A stretch of 64,000 nucleotides of DNA from Haliotis cracherodii (lineage: Eukaryota): positions 54,498,001-54,562,000 of the forward strand of contig NW_027266264.1 in NCBI RefSeq assembly GCF_022045235.1, given 5' to 3'. The notes under the pieces were generated by a model. It made no database searches, was not told where the DNA came from, and worked only from the letters and a program-made list of their open reading frames with translations. A program made the translations under genes and the position numbers. Positions 13,666-25,765 of this stretch are shown in pieces (position 1 is the first letter of the stretch; every line of letters starts with the position of its first letter).

Positions 13666-13726
13666 TCGACCAGGACTCGCCCTCGCGTTTTTCGAACATT
13701 AAAACAGTGGACTCATCAGTGGTCAC
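13666..13726 (-). ncRNA. Degenerate type I hammerhead-ribozyme-like motif (probably inactive)
   Basis: GACCA-CTGATGA-GTCC...GTTC-GAAA(AA)C-GCG-AGGG-CGA-GTC-CTGGTC; core boxes in the correct order, stems I-III each with mismatches or indels. Confidence 0.5.
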
Positions 13727-13892
13727 GTGAAACTGGAAAAAAGGTTTTCAATGATATCTTTAACATTGGGGCATGTTTTTTCAGATGCCAAGGAAGAACT
13801 TTAAACATCGATAAAACCTCCACGACGTCTATCCAGACGACAGAGTATCTCATATTGGATTGCAGCTAAATCGCAATTGATGTCATATTTCA

Positions 13893-14054
13893 GTGAGTGA
13901 ATTAGGTTTAACGCCACTTTTGACAATCAATATTCGAGCAATATCATTCTAGGGGACACCAAAAATCCAGTATCAATTGGACCAGCATGGGGATTCGAAC
14001 CCTGTCTTCGGCGTCAAGGGGGGACGCTTTAACAGTTAGGCTCCCAACCGCCCC
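13893..14054 (-). mobile_element. SINE family A, diverged copy
   Basis: Plus-strand GGGGATTCGAACCCTGTCTTCGGCGTC...GCTTTAAC...ACCGCCCC and a GTGAGTGA tail match family A reversed. Confidence 0.75.
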
Positions 14055-14079
14055 TGATGCATTTAAAAGCGCCCAAACT

Positions 14080-14285
14080 CTTTCCATAAGACATCTGGAT
14101 TGTATGATTCCATCCTGCGCCACCGCTGGTACCCGTCACAAACACATGCAAAGGAATGTCAAGAGTTCTCTTGAACAAACACGGGTACATATGTTCCAAG
14201 TCAAAATCGGGAGTTGCACCGGACATCATTTTTGTCACTGATACGTCAAATTTGTAAATACCATGTACATATCTACCATAATGCT
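14080..14285 (-). mobile_element. Penelope-like element 3' fragment
   Basis: Reverse strand AAATTTGACGTATCAGTGACAAAAATGATGTCCG...TTTTGACTTG...CATATG...TTGCATGTGTTTGTGACGGGT collinear with about 40570-40700. Confidence 0.75.
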
Positions 14286-17200
14286 AGTAAAAAGGGCACC
14301 CGAAATCAATGCCGCCCGAAAACATACTATAACGATACCGAAACGTGCCTGTTGAAATTCATCATTGCCATATAGATTTGAATCACACAGAAGTCTGTTT
14401 TGAGAGAATATACTTCCCAGCATCTTGCATCCCCGCTCAAAGATTATACAGTATATACAAAGAAGGTATACCGAGTTTGTTTTTTTATTGAAAATTGAAT
14501 GAACTGTTGTTAAATTTAATTAAGCCAAGTTAACCACAACCTCATTCCTGCAATAATTTGTACAAAGTAATCCGCGGCTGGGTAATGTTGTGTAAATACA
14601 AATTGGTTCAATGAAGACTGGACTAAGAAAAGAACTTGGAAAAAGAACCCTACCATGTTTGAATTGTACATTTGCGCCCAAAAAGCAAATGTATTGATTT
14701 TCAAAGATAAGATGTCTAAGGCACACATAAGCAGTTGATTATTATACGAATTTACTTTTTTAATTTTTGAAGGTTTTAAATCAAATTATATTTTTTTAAA
14801 TATAACCATGTGGAAGTATTCAATGAGTGCTGACTTAATGCCAGTGCAGTCCAGTTTTGGATATAATATCGCTAATTTAAAATAATGTCAAATGAAAATC
14901 AAACATATGATGAAATCAACTGAGATATACTGTTTTGTTTTGCTCCCCAGTTTATATAATTTTAATCTTCTGGGAGGAGGATGCGATTTGGTTTCCGATG
15001 AAATTATCGCCATGTCCAAATACTGTTTCTGATATACGGATTTTACTGTCATCAAATCAATATTTACGAAACCTATTTCTAAACAATTAAAGTGGAAGAC
15101 CTTTCTAACCACGTCTTCATCTCGTATTACCATACTCGTGTATGCTTTGTAAGACAGAGTCGCAGCTATTAATATCACCATCGCGAAAAACAGCGTAACG
15201 CGACAATAAATTCAGCCATCTAAAATCAACATGATACACAGCCGAGGACCATACGCTTGTTTCCACACGCCTAGTTTCTATTATCTTTGGTCAGTTTCAT
15301 ACTACGTTGGACTTTACAAGGACCATTTTGATCGCCTAACCTTGCCAAGACAGGACTGCCTAAACGACGTGCTCTGTTTAGCAATCTATGGATCTAGTCG
15401 CTATTTGCTGTAAATTACAAACTCTGTTCCCGAACTTCCTGTGAGGAGTTCACAGGAACCCCGGTATCCTAAGACAACTAAATAGTGGAATTGAATGCAG
15501 GCAAATGCTTATTCCATCCTCACAATCACACGTTTGGTGGGGCGACGGAATCATTGCCTCAGATAGAAAAGAATTATGGTTTCGTAGGGGATTACGATAC
15601 CCATTTAAATGAAAATTGGCCGGTTAAGGTCCCTTGTCCGACACCAGAGAACCTTAAATTTCCATCTTAACGTCGAGATAAGACCCTCCCAGAGAATCGA
15701 ATGCGGTCTTACGGGGACCGAGTCTCCGCGTGCACGGAATAGTTGCCCTCTGTCTCCGACTAACTACAACAGTTAGTCATGTCAACAGCAGGGCTTCGTC
15801 GGGCCTATTGATATTGGGAAAAAGTCAATAGATGTAATACTCTGCATATTTTGTACAAGTGATACGTCTTTCTGTACTTAGATAGGGCCATTTTTACACA
15901 CTGGTACAAAGCAATCTGATGAAAATAGAATAAATGAGTAGGCTGAAAGACTAGCAATATAAATCAGGACGCCTGGTTATGTATTACCGTACATGCTGAG
16001 CGAGAAGGTAAATTTCGATATCTTCTCACTTCGTCATCTTGGCTCTGTCGCACAGACTTTCTGTTTATTTACTGCCATATCACTGTTGCTAAATTGCCTT
16101 TCATCCAATGAGTAAGGGACGTCACTTTAACAAAGCCATGGCCAAAATTACCATTTATGTAATCATAAAGCTATATAGCAAAACCAGTTTGCCTCAATTC
16201 ACTAAGTTCTTAATACACACCAAAGTCCCTATTTCCATGATACTCTATTTCTAGCGATTTGTAACAGAAAGCGCCATCATTCCATCTGGCTTAAGGCTAG
16301 GCCTGGGCTGTTTCTATAAAAAAAATCACGACCAACTAGAGCGAGCTAAATCTATGTTTTAACAGCCAAACGAATCCGTTGTAAGACATGATGTTTTTTT
16401 CCATTGATTGGGTTTTAAGATTTGTTTCATCCGACTCGGAAACTTTAACGCTATACGTCTAGACATTAGTTGCAGAGAAGGGAATGTGATTCGTGACGGC
16501 CGGTCCGAATCTTTCCGTTCATATTGATCAATGCACGTTCATCGTACTAAGAGATCCCACACTTGTGAAAAAGGCTGCGTTGGTCGTTTAAAGAAGGATT
16601 ATAGTCGTGCGGAGACAGCTCTTGATTTGTAATTATAGAGATGTGATTTGATTCACGTTTAAATGTAGAACACACCACGGGTGTTTGAAGCCATCATGGC
16701 TTTGTCGTCATTCACAACTATCGAAACGAATATCTATTCACCTTCGTTAAGGACTGATTAAGTAATTTTTATTTCATTACAAGGCCATTAGTAAAGACGA
16801 ATATTAACATGATTACATTTACAACCAGATAACATTCTGCATCAGTCCTATCAAGTCAATGGGCGTTGAAGAAAGGAACGATACCAACATGACAAGCCCT
16901 GTTGGAAGTCTGGACGTTTCTAGCTACAATATCAGTCATGGGCTGTTTCCACTGATTACAGGGATAACAATACCGTAACAATGACAATGATACCTTGAAC
17001 AATGACAAGATCATAAACCAGGAAACATATACCATTCATCATCCATTCATTTACCGACAAATAATGAGGAAACAGATGAAATGATAGTGAAGGTGTAAAT
17101 GCCTGTACAATTAATGTCGGGCGTGTAGATCAATATCTGATGTGTTCACCATTTTGAGTGATACATAACACCTTGATGGCATACTCATGGCATATTCATG

Positions 17201-17762
17201 TACACATTAAAGTTATTTTTCTCATCTATGCAATAAGAACAAAATAAAGAAAGAGCAAGGTAATTGATCGATAAATTAGAGTATGTTCAGAAACGGTCGT
17301 CATATCTTTCTGTGTACAGAAAGATGTGTTGTTAATCGCTTATGAAATAACAACTATGTAAAATGTTTGAAATAATATTAGTCAATTCCCTATGGCTCTA
17401 TGCAAACTTAAATGTTGTTTTTATCATGTCGTCATACTGGAGTTGCTGGAGAAAATAAAATCTGTCAACTAAATGAAATTTGAAGGTGAAATTCAATTCT
17501 TACTTTTATGGCCGTTCTACAGTCATCTGCGAACAGTATAAAAAATATAATTATACTAGTAGATAATATATGTTGTCATCCATATGTCCATTGGTTCTGC
17601 ATTTTGATACCAACTTTGAAAATACCTACATGTATGCGTACCATGCTATGAAACTCTTTCTTAAGGTTGTTGTATGCTTAGCTATTCCTCTGAAAATAGG
17701 TATTTTATGTATACAGGTAATCATTATTTCTCATCAATGTCAACACTGTGATGCAGTGAACT

Positions 17763-17972
17763 GTTTTGTTGTTTAATGCCGCACTCAACAATATTCTGGC
17801 AATGTGATGCCGAATATAAATAATCAAGTTCTGGTTAGACAATCCAGTGATTGACATCATGAGCATCGGTCTACGCAATTGACATGCATAAACCATATAA
17901 GCATGACCATCCGATTTCGTCAGTCGCATCTTACGACAAGTATGGGTTCCTGAAGACCCGGATCTTCACGGG
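17763..17972 (-). mobile_element. SINE-like family B copy
   Basis: Matches 6360-6630 with deletions; ends GGATCTTCACGGG. Confidence 0.8.
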
Positions 17973-18239
17973 TGACGATAAAACCTTTAAGTATTATAAC
18001 AGTTAAATACACCAATCAAATACTTTGTAAAGAAAAGTACACTGTCAGACATACCTGAAACGGATGGGAAAATCACAATTTCCACTAAGATCAATTATGA
18101 AAGTACGAAAAAACATGACATAACTTCATGTGTGAAATCTCGTTAGTTTAAGCGATAATTCAAAATGGCCAACGGTGGGGTTATGGGTTGGTTGACAATG
18201 TGGTAACACTATTTCAATGTATCACAAGAACACATACAT

Positions 18240-18570
18240 TCAATGCGCGAATATTCCAATGCTTCAAAAACATCTTCGTTGTTAACAGAAACGTCGTTTT
18301 CTCACTGTCAGTAAAGAGAGCTGCGCAAAAAGGTTTTAAACATATGCAATACTTCACTCGTACCAACTATTTGTCCGGATATCGCCCAAAGCGTGTTACA
18401 AATTGGTGTAGTAATTGCGTTGGGTAAATGAAAGCATAACTGTTATGAGATCAGCAAAAAATACATTTATCTTACAGTCATTGCGGAAAAAGTCTTAATG
18501 AGACGTGTTATCAATAAAGTGTTTAAGCACTTTTATGCACATGTGCCTTTCATTCACATGTATAGCAACA
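18240..18570 (+). mobile_element. Possible Sola-type transposase remnant
   Basis: AAQKG...WCSNCVG* (cf. A.KG.NE...WSDNC.GQNKN); stops and frameshifts; recognised from motifs only. Confidence 0.3.
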
Positions 18571-19038
18571 GCTGCTACACCGCCAGACACCGCGTTAACT
18601 CGAGGAACCTAGTTGACTAGACACACAAACAATATCTGTTGCCACAAACAATCATGGAGATTGGCTAACGTCCTTGTTCATTCTTTTAAACGAATTCTAA
18701 GAAACACATGCAAAGTAAATTAAACGTCCTTACAGTGAGTGAGGAATGTTGATTTATGCACAGTCTGCAATTTCAGAGCGGCCTTTGAATTCTATGGTGA
18801 AACTATTGCCGATAGGACGCAGTTTGTTTAATTTAATATTGTCAGGCACTTTCAGACAATGACGGAATTTGGAGCAGCGAAAGCAAAGGTCGAGCATCAG
18901 CATCAGCCGCGACCTGCACCATCTGGATGCAACGACACACAGTAAGTTTTCTTACGACAACTGACATATTTGTTCTTGCAACAGCTGTGGGGATTCCGGG
19001 TAAGAACATACATAAAGTTCTCAGCATCCTACGCTAAT

Positions 19039-19190
19039 CGTAAGAAAATGGATTGGGTGGGCACACTAGTATCCTAATTGTGTCATGATCAATGCTCATG
19101 ATGTCAATCACTGGACTACCTGCTCCAAACTTGGTTAATTATAGACCGCTGTTAAACAGCTGAAATATTGCTGCGTTAAACTATAAACAA
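19039..19190 (+). mobile_element. SINE-like family B, degenerate copy
   Basis: ATGCTCATGATGTCAATCACTGGA...AGACCGC...GCTGAAATATTGCTGCGTTAAAC. Confidence 0.65.
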
Positions 19191-20212
19191 AGACATTTTA
19201 CAACATCGGGCATGAGGAACTACTTTAATTACATTTATGTCTGCTTGGTTCATTACATAGCGTTGAAGTTGTTGCTATCGATGTACGTATCATGCCGTGA
19301 CAATATTAGAAAGTATCTTATTTCTCTCACTCTCTGAGGTGAAGATTTACTTCTACCGCTGCTGACTACGAAAGAAGTCAATGAGTTGGCCTGAACCTTC
19401 TATCAGATTATCTACATTGACTTGGTTCATGAACATGCTCGTTAACGAAATCAAAATGGAGTGTTTTCACGAAACGCACTTGTAAAGATTCTTTTTATTT
19501 AACATTTGAATGAATATCAATTTTGTTTAGATCTGAAAAGGTCGGTTCTAATACCTATCCCAACATATATTCTTAGAAACGCCTTCAGCGCAAAATACAC
19601 AAGGTCAAGGTGAAAGACACGGGTTGTCCTAACAGACATGTCTGCAGTCGATGTAATCAATACGGTATATGTGTTTTGATACACCTCCCGTGAAAGGTGT
19701 CCATACAGTACCTCAATCCCATCGGGGAAACCACGGAGGGCATCCCCGCCTTTGTTATCGGCTATGAGATTTCATTTCCTGAACCCTTTAGAAAACTATC
19801 AATCCCACGCCCACTCAAACATCCGCCTTGAGTTATAGGCTGAAGAATTTGTATTATTGGCACCAAAGAATGCACACAAACAGCAGTTACCATGTCAACG
19901 TTGTCCTGTATATCAACCCAGGCAAGTAATAAGCTTTAGATATTTGTATGCCCAATTACGAACATGAAAAGATAAAAATATACCTGACTAATTCAGCATC
20001 TGAAAATTCATTTAAGAAGGATCATCGGTATTCGAAACCTTGAGGTGTTCTCGAGAACATCAAAGAAGGCCATGGAGATAACTGCACGAAGGAAATGGTG
20101 TTAGAGATGTCTTGAAGTACGCGAAATACATATGTTGCATACCATCTTTATCTGAGGATGAACGAGTGTATTAAACAGAAGTTGGGTCTTCCCGAAATGC
20201 TCAACTTAGAGA

Positions 20213-20300
20213 GGGGTGCTGGGGTAACCCAGTGGATACAACTTTCATTCGTCACGCCCAGATCCGGGTTCGAGTCGGCCAACAAGTACAATGTATGCAG
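20213..20300 (+). mobile_element. SINE family A, diverged head
   Basis: GGGGTAACCCAGTGG...TCGTCACGCCCAGATCCGGGTTCGAG...GTACAATGT. Confidence 0.6.
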
Positions 20301-20452
20301 CACATCCGCGTCTTAAAACAACATTCATTTGGCCACTAATAATCCAAGAACAATTCAAGTTCGTCCATGGTGAGATATTGTCAGTAATCGACGTAAACTT
20401 TTAACGTCTCATGTTAACGCATTGTCAGTTGTGGTCAATAACCTCAACCCGA

Positions 20453-20622
20453 GGGGCGGTCGGGTAGCCTAGTGGTTAAAGCGTTCGCTCGTCACGCCAA
20501 AGACCCGGGTTCGATTCCCGACATGGGTACAATGTGTGAAGCCCAATTCTGGTGTCCCACCCGTGATGTTGCCGGAATATTGCTAAAAGCGGTGTGAAAC
20601 CTCACTCACTCACTCACTCACT
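20453..20622 (+). mobile_element. tRNA-derived SINE, family A (full length)
   Basis: A box TAGCCTAGTGG, B box GGTTCGATTCC, head resembling tRNA-Asp(GTC), tail GGAATATTGCTAAAAGCGG..AAAC followed by (CACT)n; several copies in the window. Confidence 0.9.
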
Positions 20623-20814
20623 GAAACGAACCTGGAATATAACCATATTGTCTGTAATGATCACTGACCACAAAACTCCTGGGTTAAAACGTATGTTTAG
20701 AAAGAAATATCAAGTAACCCTAAATACGGTTGGATAATATATTGTAAGTAATGACCATTAACCTTAAATGTCCAAGGATAAAATTTTGCCAGTATCGGTC
20801 ATTAACCTTAAACA

Positions 20815-21325
20815 AAGATAAAGTGGCCAAACAAGGGAATTGGGCCAAGAACTAAAGCTTCTGGTATATCGATCATCTGATATCGTTCAATTATGGCAAA
20901 ATAGCCAATCCCCTTCCACTGATTTACCCATCTGGACTAGGAATATAAGAGACAAGTGAAACCGCCTCATCTGTTCATATTCATATCTTTGCATATACTT
21001 TCCAAATAAAATCCATTAGACTGCATGCCAAGAGGGATGACTTCAACATTCCAATAGTCAAATTTTCCTAACGTCGAGCAAAATTCCTGCAGCTCCGGCC
21101 TACGTTTAACAATTTAATTTCTACAAAGGGGTCAAATCGGTCATACGACACTTGCTCAAATATTGTAAAGGCTCAGTAAAGCTCTTAAAAGGTTTGTGGT
21201 GAAATTTCCTAATTTGACGCATCACTGACAAAATGTGCCCCTCTGTTCCAGTATTTATTTTCAGAACGGTTGACTTGCCTTTGCATGTGTTTGTGACGGG
21301 TGCCACCGATGGGTCAGGATACATA
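20815..21325 (+). mobile_element. Decayed Penelope-like retroelement (RT core C-terminus/thumb + 3' flank)
   Basis: Broken frames give FWYIDHLISFN...IYPSGLGI*ETSETASS, LHAKRDDFNIPIVKF and SSKIPAAPAY, matching PLE RT motifs FRYIDD, IYP.EL..K.T and YDKRDDFNF.IVNFPFLSSNIP..PAYG. Contains stops and frameshifts. Confidence 0.8.
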
Positions 21326-22829
21326 ACGATTACTAAAATTGTAACAAATTATGTAAGCGTGAAGCAAGTAAAAAATATAATTTGCTGCTTCAAAATAACA
21401 TAAACACAGAACATGTTTTAACTCAATGTGTACATTTCTAAACATCGTTAGGAATAAAAGGTAACTATTTGTAATAGGAAGACCTGGCGAAGACGGAACA
21501 CAGGCAACTAATGAGACTATCGCCACAAAACTCATGCATCACAGTAACACATTTTGCAAACGGTGCATTTTAACTTTCTTCATAACTATTTATACCCAGG
21601 GCACAGTTTACCCGACATGCATATAATACACCATTAACTGTATCAAGAACAGAATATATATCCTACCAAAGTCGGAAGTCTCTTCCTGTCTGACATATAT
21701 AATCTGCTATTATGCAGAAGAAGTAAATTGAGGAGAAGCTAATATGCATTGCTCCACTAACTTAAGAAAACAACAGAAGTTGATGAGTGAATAAAATGTA
21801 TTTTCAGGATGGTCAGTTTGTTCTGAAGACCTGGGCGGTGCGAGTACAATTTAATGCCATTATTCCGCTCAATGGTCTTCGTGGTTGGGCGTTCAGACGT
21901 CTGGCGTACCCAAATAGCTCCCTGTGTGCAGCTGACAAACCGGCGGTAGGCTGAGATCTTACTTGCGAAGCTTCCACTCTAGCTATGTCTGGATACTCCA
22001 ACTTTTAACCTGGCAGCAATTTGCACATCCACACATCGATGATAGAGTCTTGGTGAAATTACCCCCGTCAACTTAGATTGGAGTTCAGCGAGAGGTACCA
22101 AATATTAGATAATTTGATGCCCCCTAACGACACGATAATACGCTGTACAAAGAGGAGGAAGGCTTTCAATTTAGTGTTGAATCAAATGAAGAGCTTGATT
22201 ACTGGAATTTTTCACCACAACATTATCGTCTTGAATTGCATGACAAATCTTGTTTAAACCCATACATTTCAGGCCCTGACAAATTGATTGTTTGTTCTTG
22301 CGATATTTATTTCCCAAACGACTGTGTAACTAAAGAGAAACATAAGAAAATCTATCTCAGCATTTATATTTTATCATGACTGAATGATGTCTTTCCGACG
22401 AAATACCGTAGTTTTTAGTTTTAGGTCTTCCTTCTTATGTTATATATGACCCGGTTTATGTTTTTTAACATACATCTCTTCACCACAGTAGGTAATAAAG
22501 TTACTTTATATAATACCTGGTTATGATTGAAAAATAGCCACGATGAAAACGGTATCGATTCCGAAGAACAAATATGTTGCGGCGCAAGCACGTAAAACAC
22601 CAGAACATCCGATGTGCAAACGTAATTTTAAGATAAACATCACCTGTTAGGTTACATATATGACGTTACGTGATACGGATGTGATGGCGGACAGGATCCA
22701 TGTGTTGAGGAAACGAGGAAAGAAACTTCAGAGGGTTTATGTAATCACTTACATAGTCCACCTCCTCTCAAGACATTCAGCGTCCTGACGTGCCGCGTGT
22801 ACTCATTACCATTGCGTGCATATCATGTT

Positions 22830-23310
22830 ACCCAAACATGTTCTCATTCGCTGAATAATATAATAACTTTGACTACTGCCAGACGTATTCGGTCAGTGAC
22901 ATTCGTTGATTAACTAACATGCTAACATACAAACATTGTTAGTGAATGTGACTATGCATGACAATACCCTTCTTAGCAAATCTATCGCCAAAGTCTGTAA
23001 TCCTCATGTTCCGTATGCCAAAGGTCCCTAATCCCCTTAAATCACCCCTACTACTGACAAGCCAATATGTAGATGACCCCCGAAGAGCTTCTTCGCCTGA
23101 CTATCTCGGGCATCCTATCGCGACATGTCCCCAAACAACGGACAACAACTCCCACAGGATCCCACGTATTGACATTGTTTAATTGAGAAACTACAATATG
23201 CCCTTGCCTGAAATTTGAGACTTGGGTAATTACATCGTCCAAATATGTTTTCAGATTTTCAATCCTTTAATCTCATTTTGAATCTCAAGGCGCCACTGGT
23301 TAAGACCTGC
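22830..23310 (-). mobile_element. Possible decayed Gypsy-type pol remnant (RT/RNase H)
   Basis: IKGL..YLDDVI, GHIV and VTDRIRLAVVKVI..F (cf. VTRRELLAVV.AVKHF) occur in the expected order but are heavily deleted. Confidence 0.35.
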
Positions 23311-25274
23311 CGCGTCCTCTAACTGGTGCCAGCATCCGTTTCACGAACAACGAATTTGAAGTAGTCTTACGCTTCCGTAAGCTTTTAGTTTCAAGTTTTT
23401 GTTCGTACTTTAGACACTTATTGATCGTATTCTTTGTCGAGTTATTACATGTATATGTTGAACAGCTCGTCCTAAACAATAACCTGGCGTCCATCTCCCT
23501 AAGGCAAATTTGCTGCTAACGGTATTTCCGTGTGGTAATCAATACATCAGACACCCAGGGAAGGAAAGGACTGATAACGCTCTTATAACTTTTGAATCTT
23601 ATTATCTACTACAAAAACAAGATAAAGAACGCCCACATTTGGAAGGCTGTGTTATGCAATACCCACCAGCCATGACAGATTAACTATAGTCATATGAACA
23701 AATAGTGCTCTTGAACTTTTGAGTAGTATATATTATGAACATGGATGAGTAGACACATTTTTGTTTTGTCTTTGTAGGCATACATGTAGCTCAATTCCAT
23801 ATCAAGAAAGTAATTAACTTTCAGGTCATGCCTGTCTTCTCAACATGCCATTGTATTAGATATTGTGATATCCTACTCTCGAGGCAAGATTCTGCTGATG
23901 TCAAGTCAATTTGATAAAGATGTATCGCTGACAGTGCCCTCAACCCATGTCAAAGATAGACCATCAGAGTATGTAAGACCTACATGTTTGTCAGCCCTCT
24001 CGTGGAACGTCTTACACTGTCCTGTACTCGTTTACAGAAAATGTGTTCCAGTGGACACTTACTGTCACTTGCCCGCCGACTGTAACTACATTTACTCGCA
24101 TATACTAAACTAATTTGTGCCTTCATTTGAAACACGATGTTCTAGTACACCTCAAAGCGATCGGAAACAACAAAAAGCACATACTGACTATGATGTAGAA
24201 GGTAGATGCTGCTAGAGTAACTGTAGTGGCTGCTACTATCCGCATCAAGCTATCAATCGCCAGAGGCATTATTCTATTACCACCAACCTCGCATGGCTTC
24301 GAAACGTTAGGAGCGACTCCTAATTTCTGACAAATTATCAGCTTGATGGAATCAAAGACAGTAGACAAGTCATCACCGTGGGCAGAATCCTGGAAACTTA
24401 TATTGTCCAACTCGGCACACATCCGGCAATGGCTCGAGGCTATTATCTGAGAGGACTGTAAATGCCTCGTGGTGGGATCTTTAGTGGGCCAAACTGTCAA
24501 CACTGTCTGCTCCTGTTGAAGACGGTATAGTTGATCATCTAGCTTTGACTCGGGACGTCTGCTGGAAGATAGCTTAGTTTACATGAAGCAGATTAAACCA
24601 CAGTGCAATACGCTTGGCGGAAATAATGACCTGATATCTGATATAGGGTTGGGGGACTCTATATAGGAAGCTGGTATCTGTGTCACTGAATAAAGAGAAT
24701 GCCAGCTTGAATTCGGTCTATCGGTTATGGGAGATTTATGGGGTACGTTACTCACGAAAATATCATCTATCAAATAATATTCTGTTGTCATGGCTGATTG
24801 TTATTTAAAATACTACCTATAGTTGGTGTGCCTATTTCGGAAAATAAAGTACAAAGTGGAGGGGAGAGTTTGATTTTAAGTCATGAGCATACTTATTCAA
24901 TTTGTTATTGAGACGTCAGAATATTATTTTCTATTCCCTCTGAAGACCATATAAAGGTTCATAACATGACGCATTGCAATTGCATACCCCTACACATATG
25001 CATCCCTGAGCTGGGCTTCTGATACCATCATAGTTGCCATAACTAATCTTATCATCGTGCTACACATTACGCTGATCTTACAAGCGGGGAAATGACCGCA
25101 GCCCCTCATCAGGGTAAAACGGATATTCAAGAGACAAGTAATTGTTCCAAGGAAAATCGCCGGTTGTAATGACATTGACGAAAATTACTCTGTGACAGGA
25201 ACGATAGGTTACGGAGTTCCTCTACGCCGTAAATCAGATACAAGTACGTGAACTGGGCTAATGACAGAGATTCA

Positions 25275-25765
25275 AGTGTATTTTCACAAGGCAGTTGTAC
25301 AGGCTCATATCAGGCTCAAGTGTATTCTTACCATTTGTACTTGGCTCGTCACATAGGCTTATATGTACTTGGACCATCACAAAGACTTATTTTCACAAGG
25401 CAGTTATACAGGCTCATACTAGGCTCAAATGAAGTCTTGCCAGGCATTTGCACTCGGCTCATCACACAGGCTCACATGGTCTGGGCTCAGCACACAGGCT
25501 CATATGGACTCGGCTCATCACAGAGGCTCATGTGTAATTTTACAAGGTAGCTGTACAGGCTCATACCAGGCTCAAGAGCATTCTTACCAGCAAGTGTACT
25601 GTGCTCACAACAAAAGCTAAAGAACCTCAAAGATATCATTACAAGGTAATTACACGGTAATTATATTCTGCTCACCCGAGAGGCTCAGGTGCAATGTTAT
25701 AAGACAGTTGAACTTTGATCATCACAGAGGCTCGGGTTAATTCTTGTCAGACAGCTGAACTAGGC
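25275..25765. repeat. Degenerate minisatellite built on CAGGCTCA / CACAAGGCAGTTGTACAGGCTCAT units
   Basis: TTTTCACAAGGCAGTT.TACAGGCTCATA..AGGCTCAA-like blocks recur at about 25281, 25390 and 25537, with many GGCTCA subrepeats. Confidence 0.8.

Noticed and set aside
18055-18116. Hydrophobic stretch ending TCAG|GTATGT (signal-exon-like)
   Set aside because: In-frame stop upstream with no ATG, and it lies downstream of the 45-nt exon.
20453-20530. tRNA-Asp-like gene
   Set aside because: The acceptor stem does not pair properly and the sequence runs into a repeated SINE body and (CACT)n tail.
24123-24503. 126-aa ORF, and other ORFs over 100 aa (11090, 29534, 34079, 51236, 61872)
   Set aside because: No recognisable domain or supporting exon structure; lengths are compatible with chance or decayed repeats.
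25080-25115. CUGAUGA followed by a GGGG/CCCC stem on the minus strand
   Set aside because: No GAAA box after the stem, so not a hammerhead.
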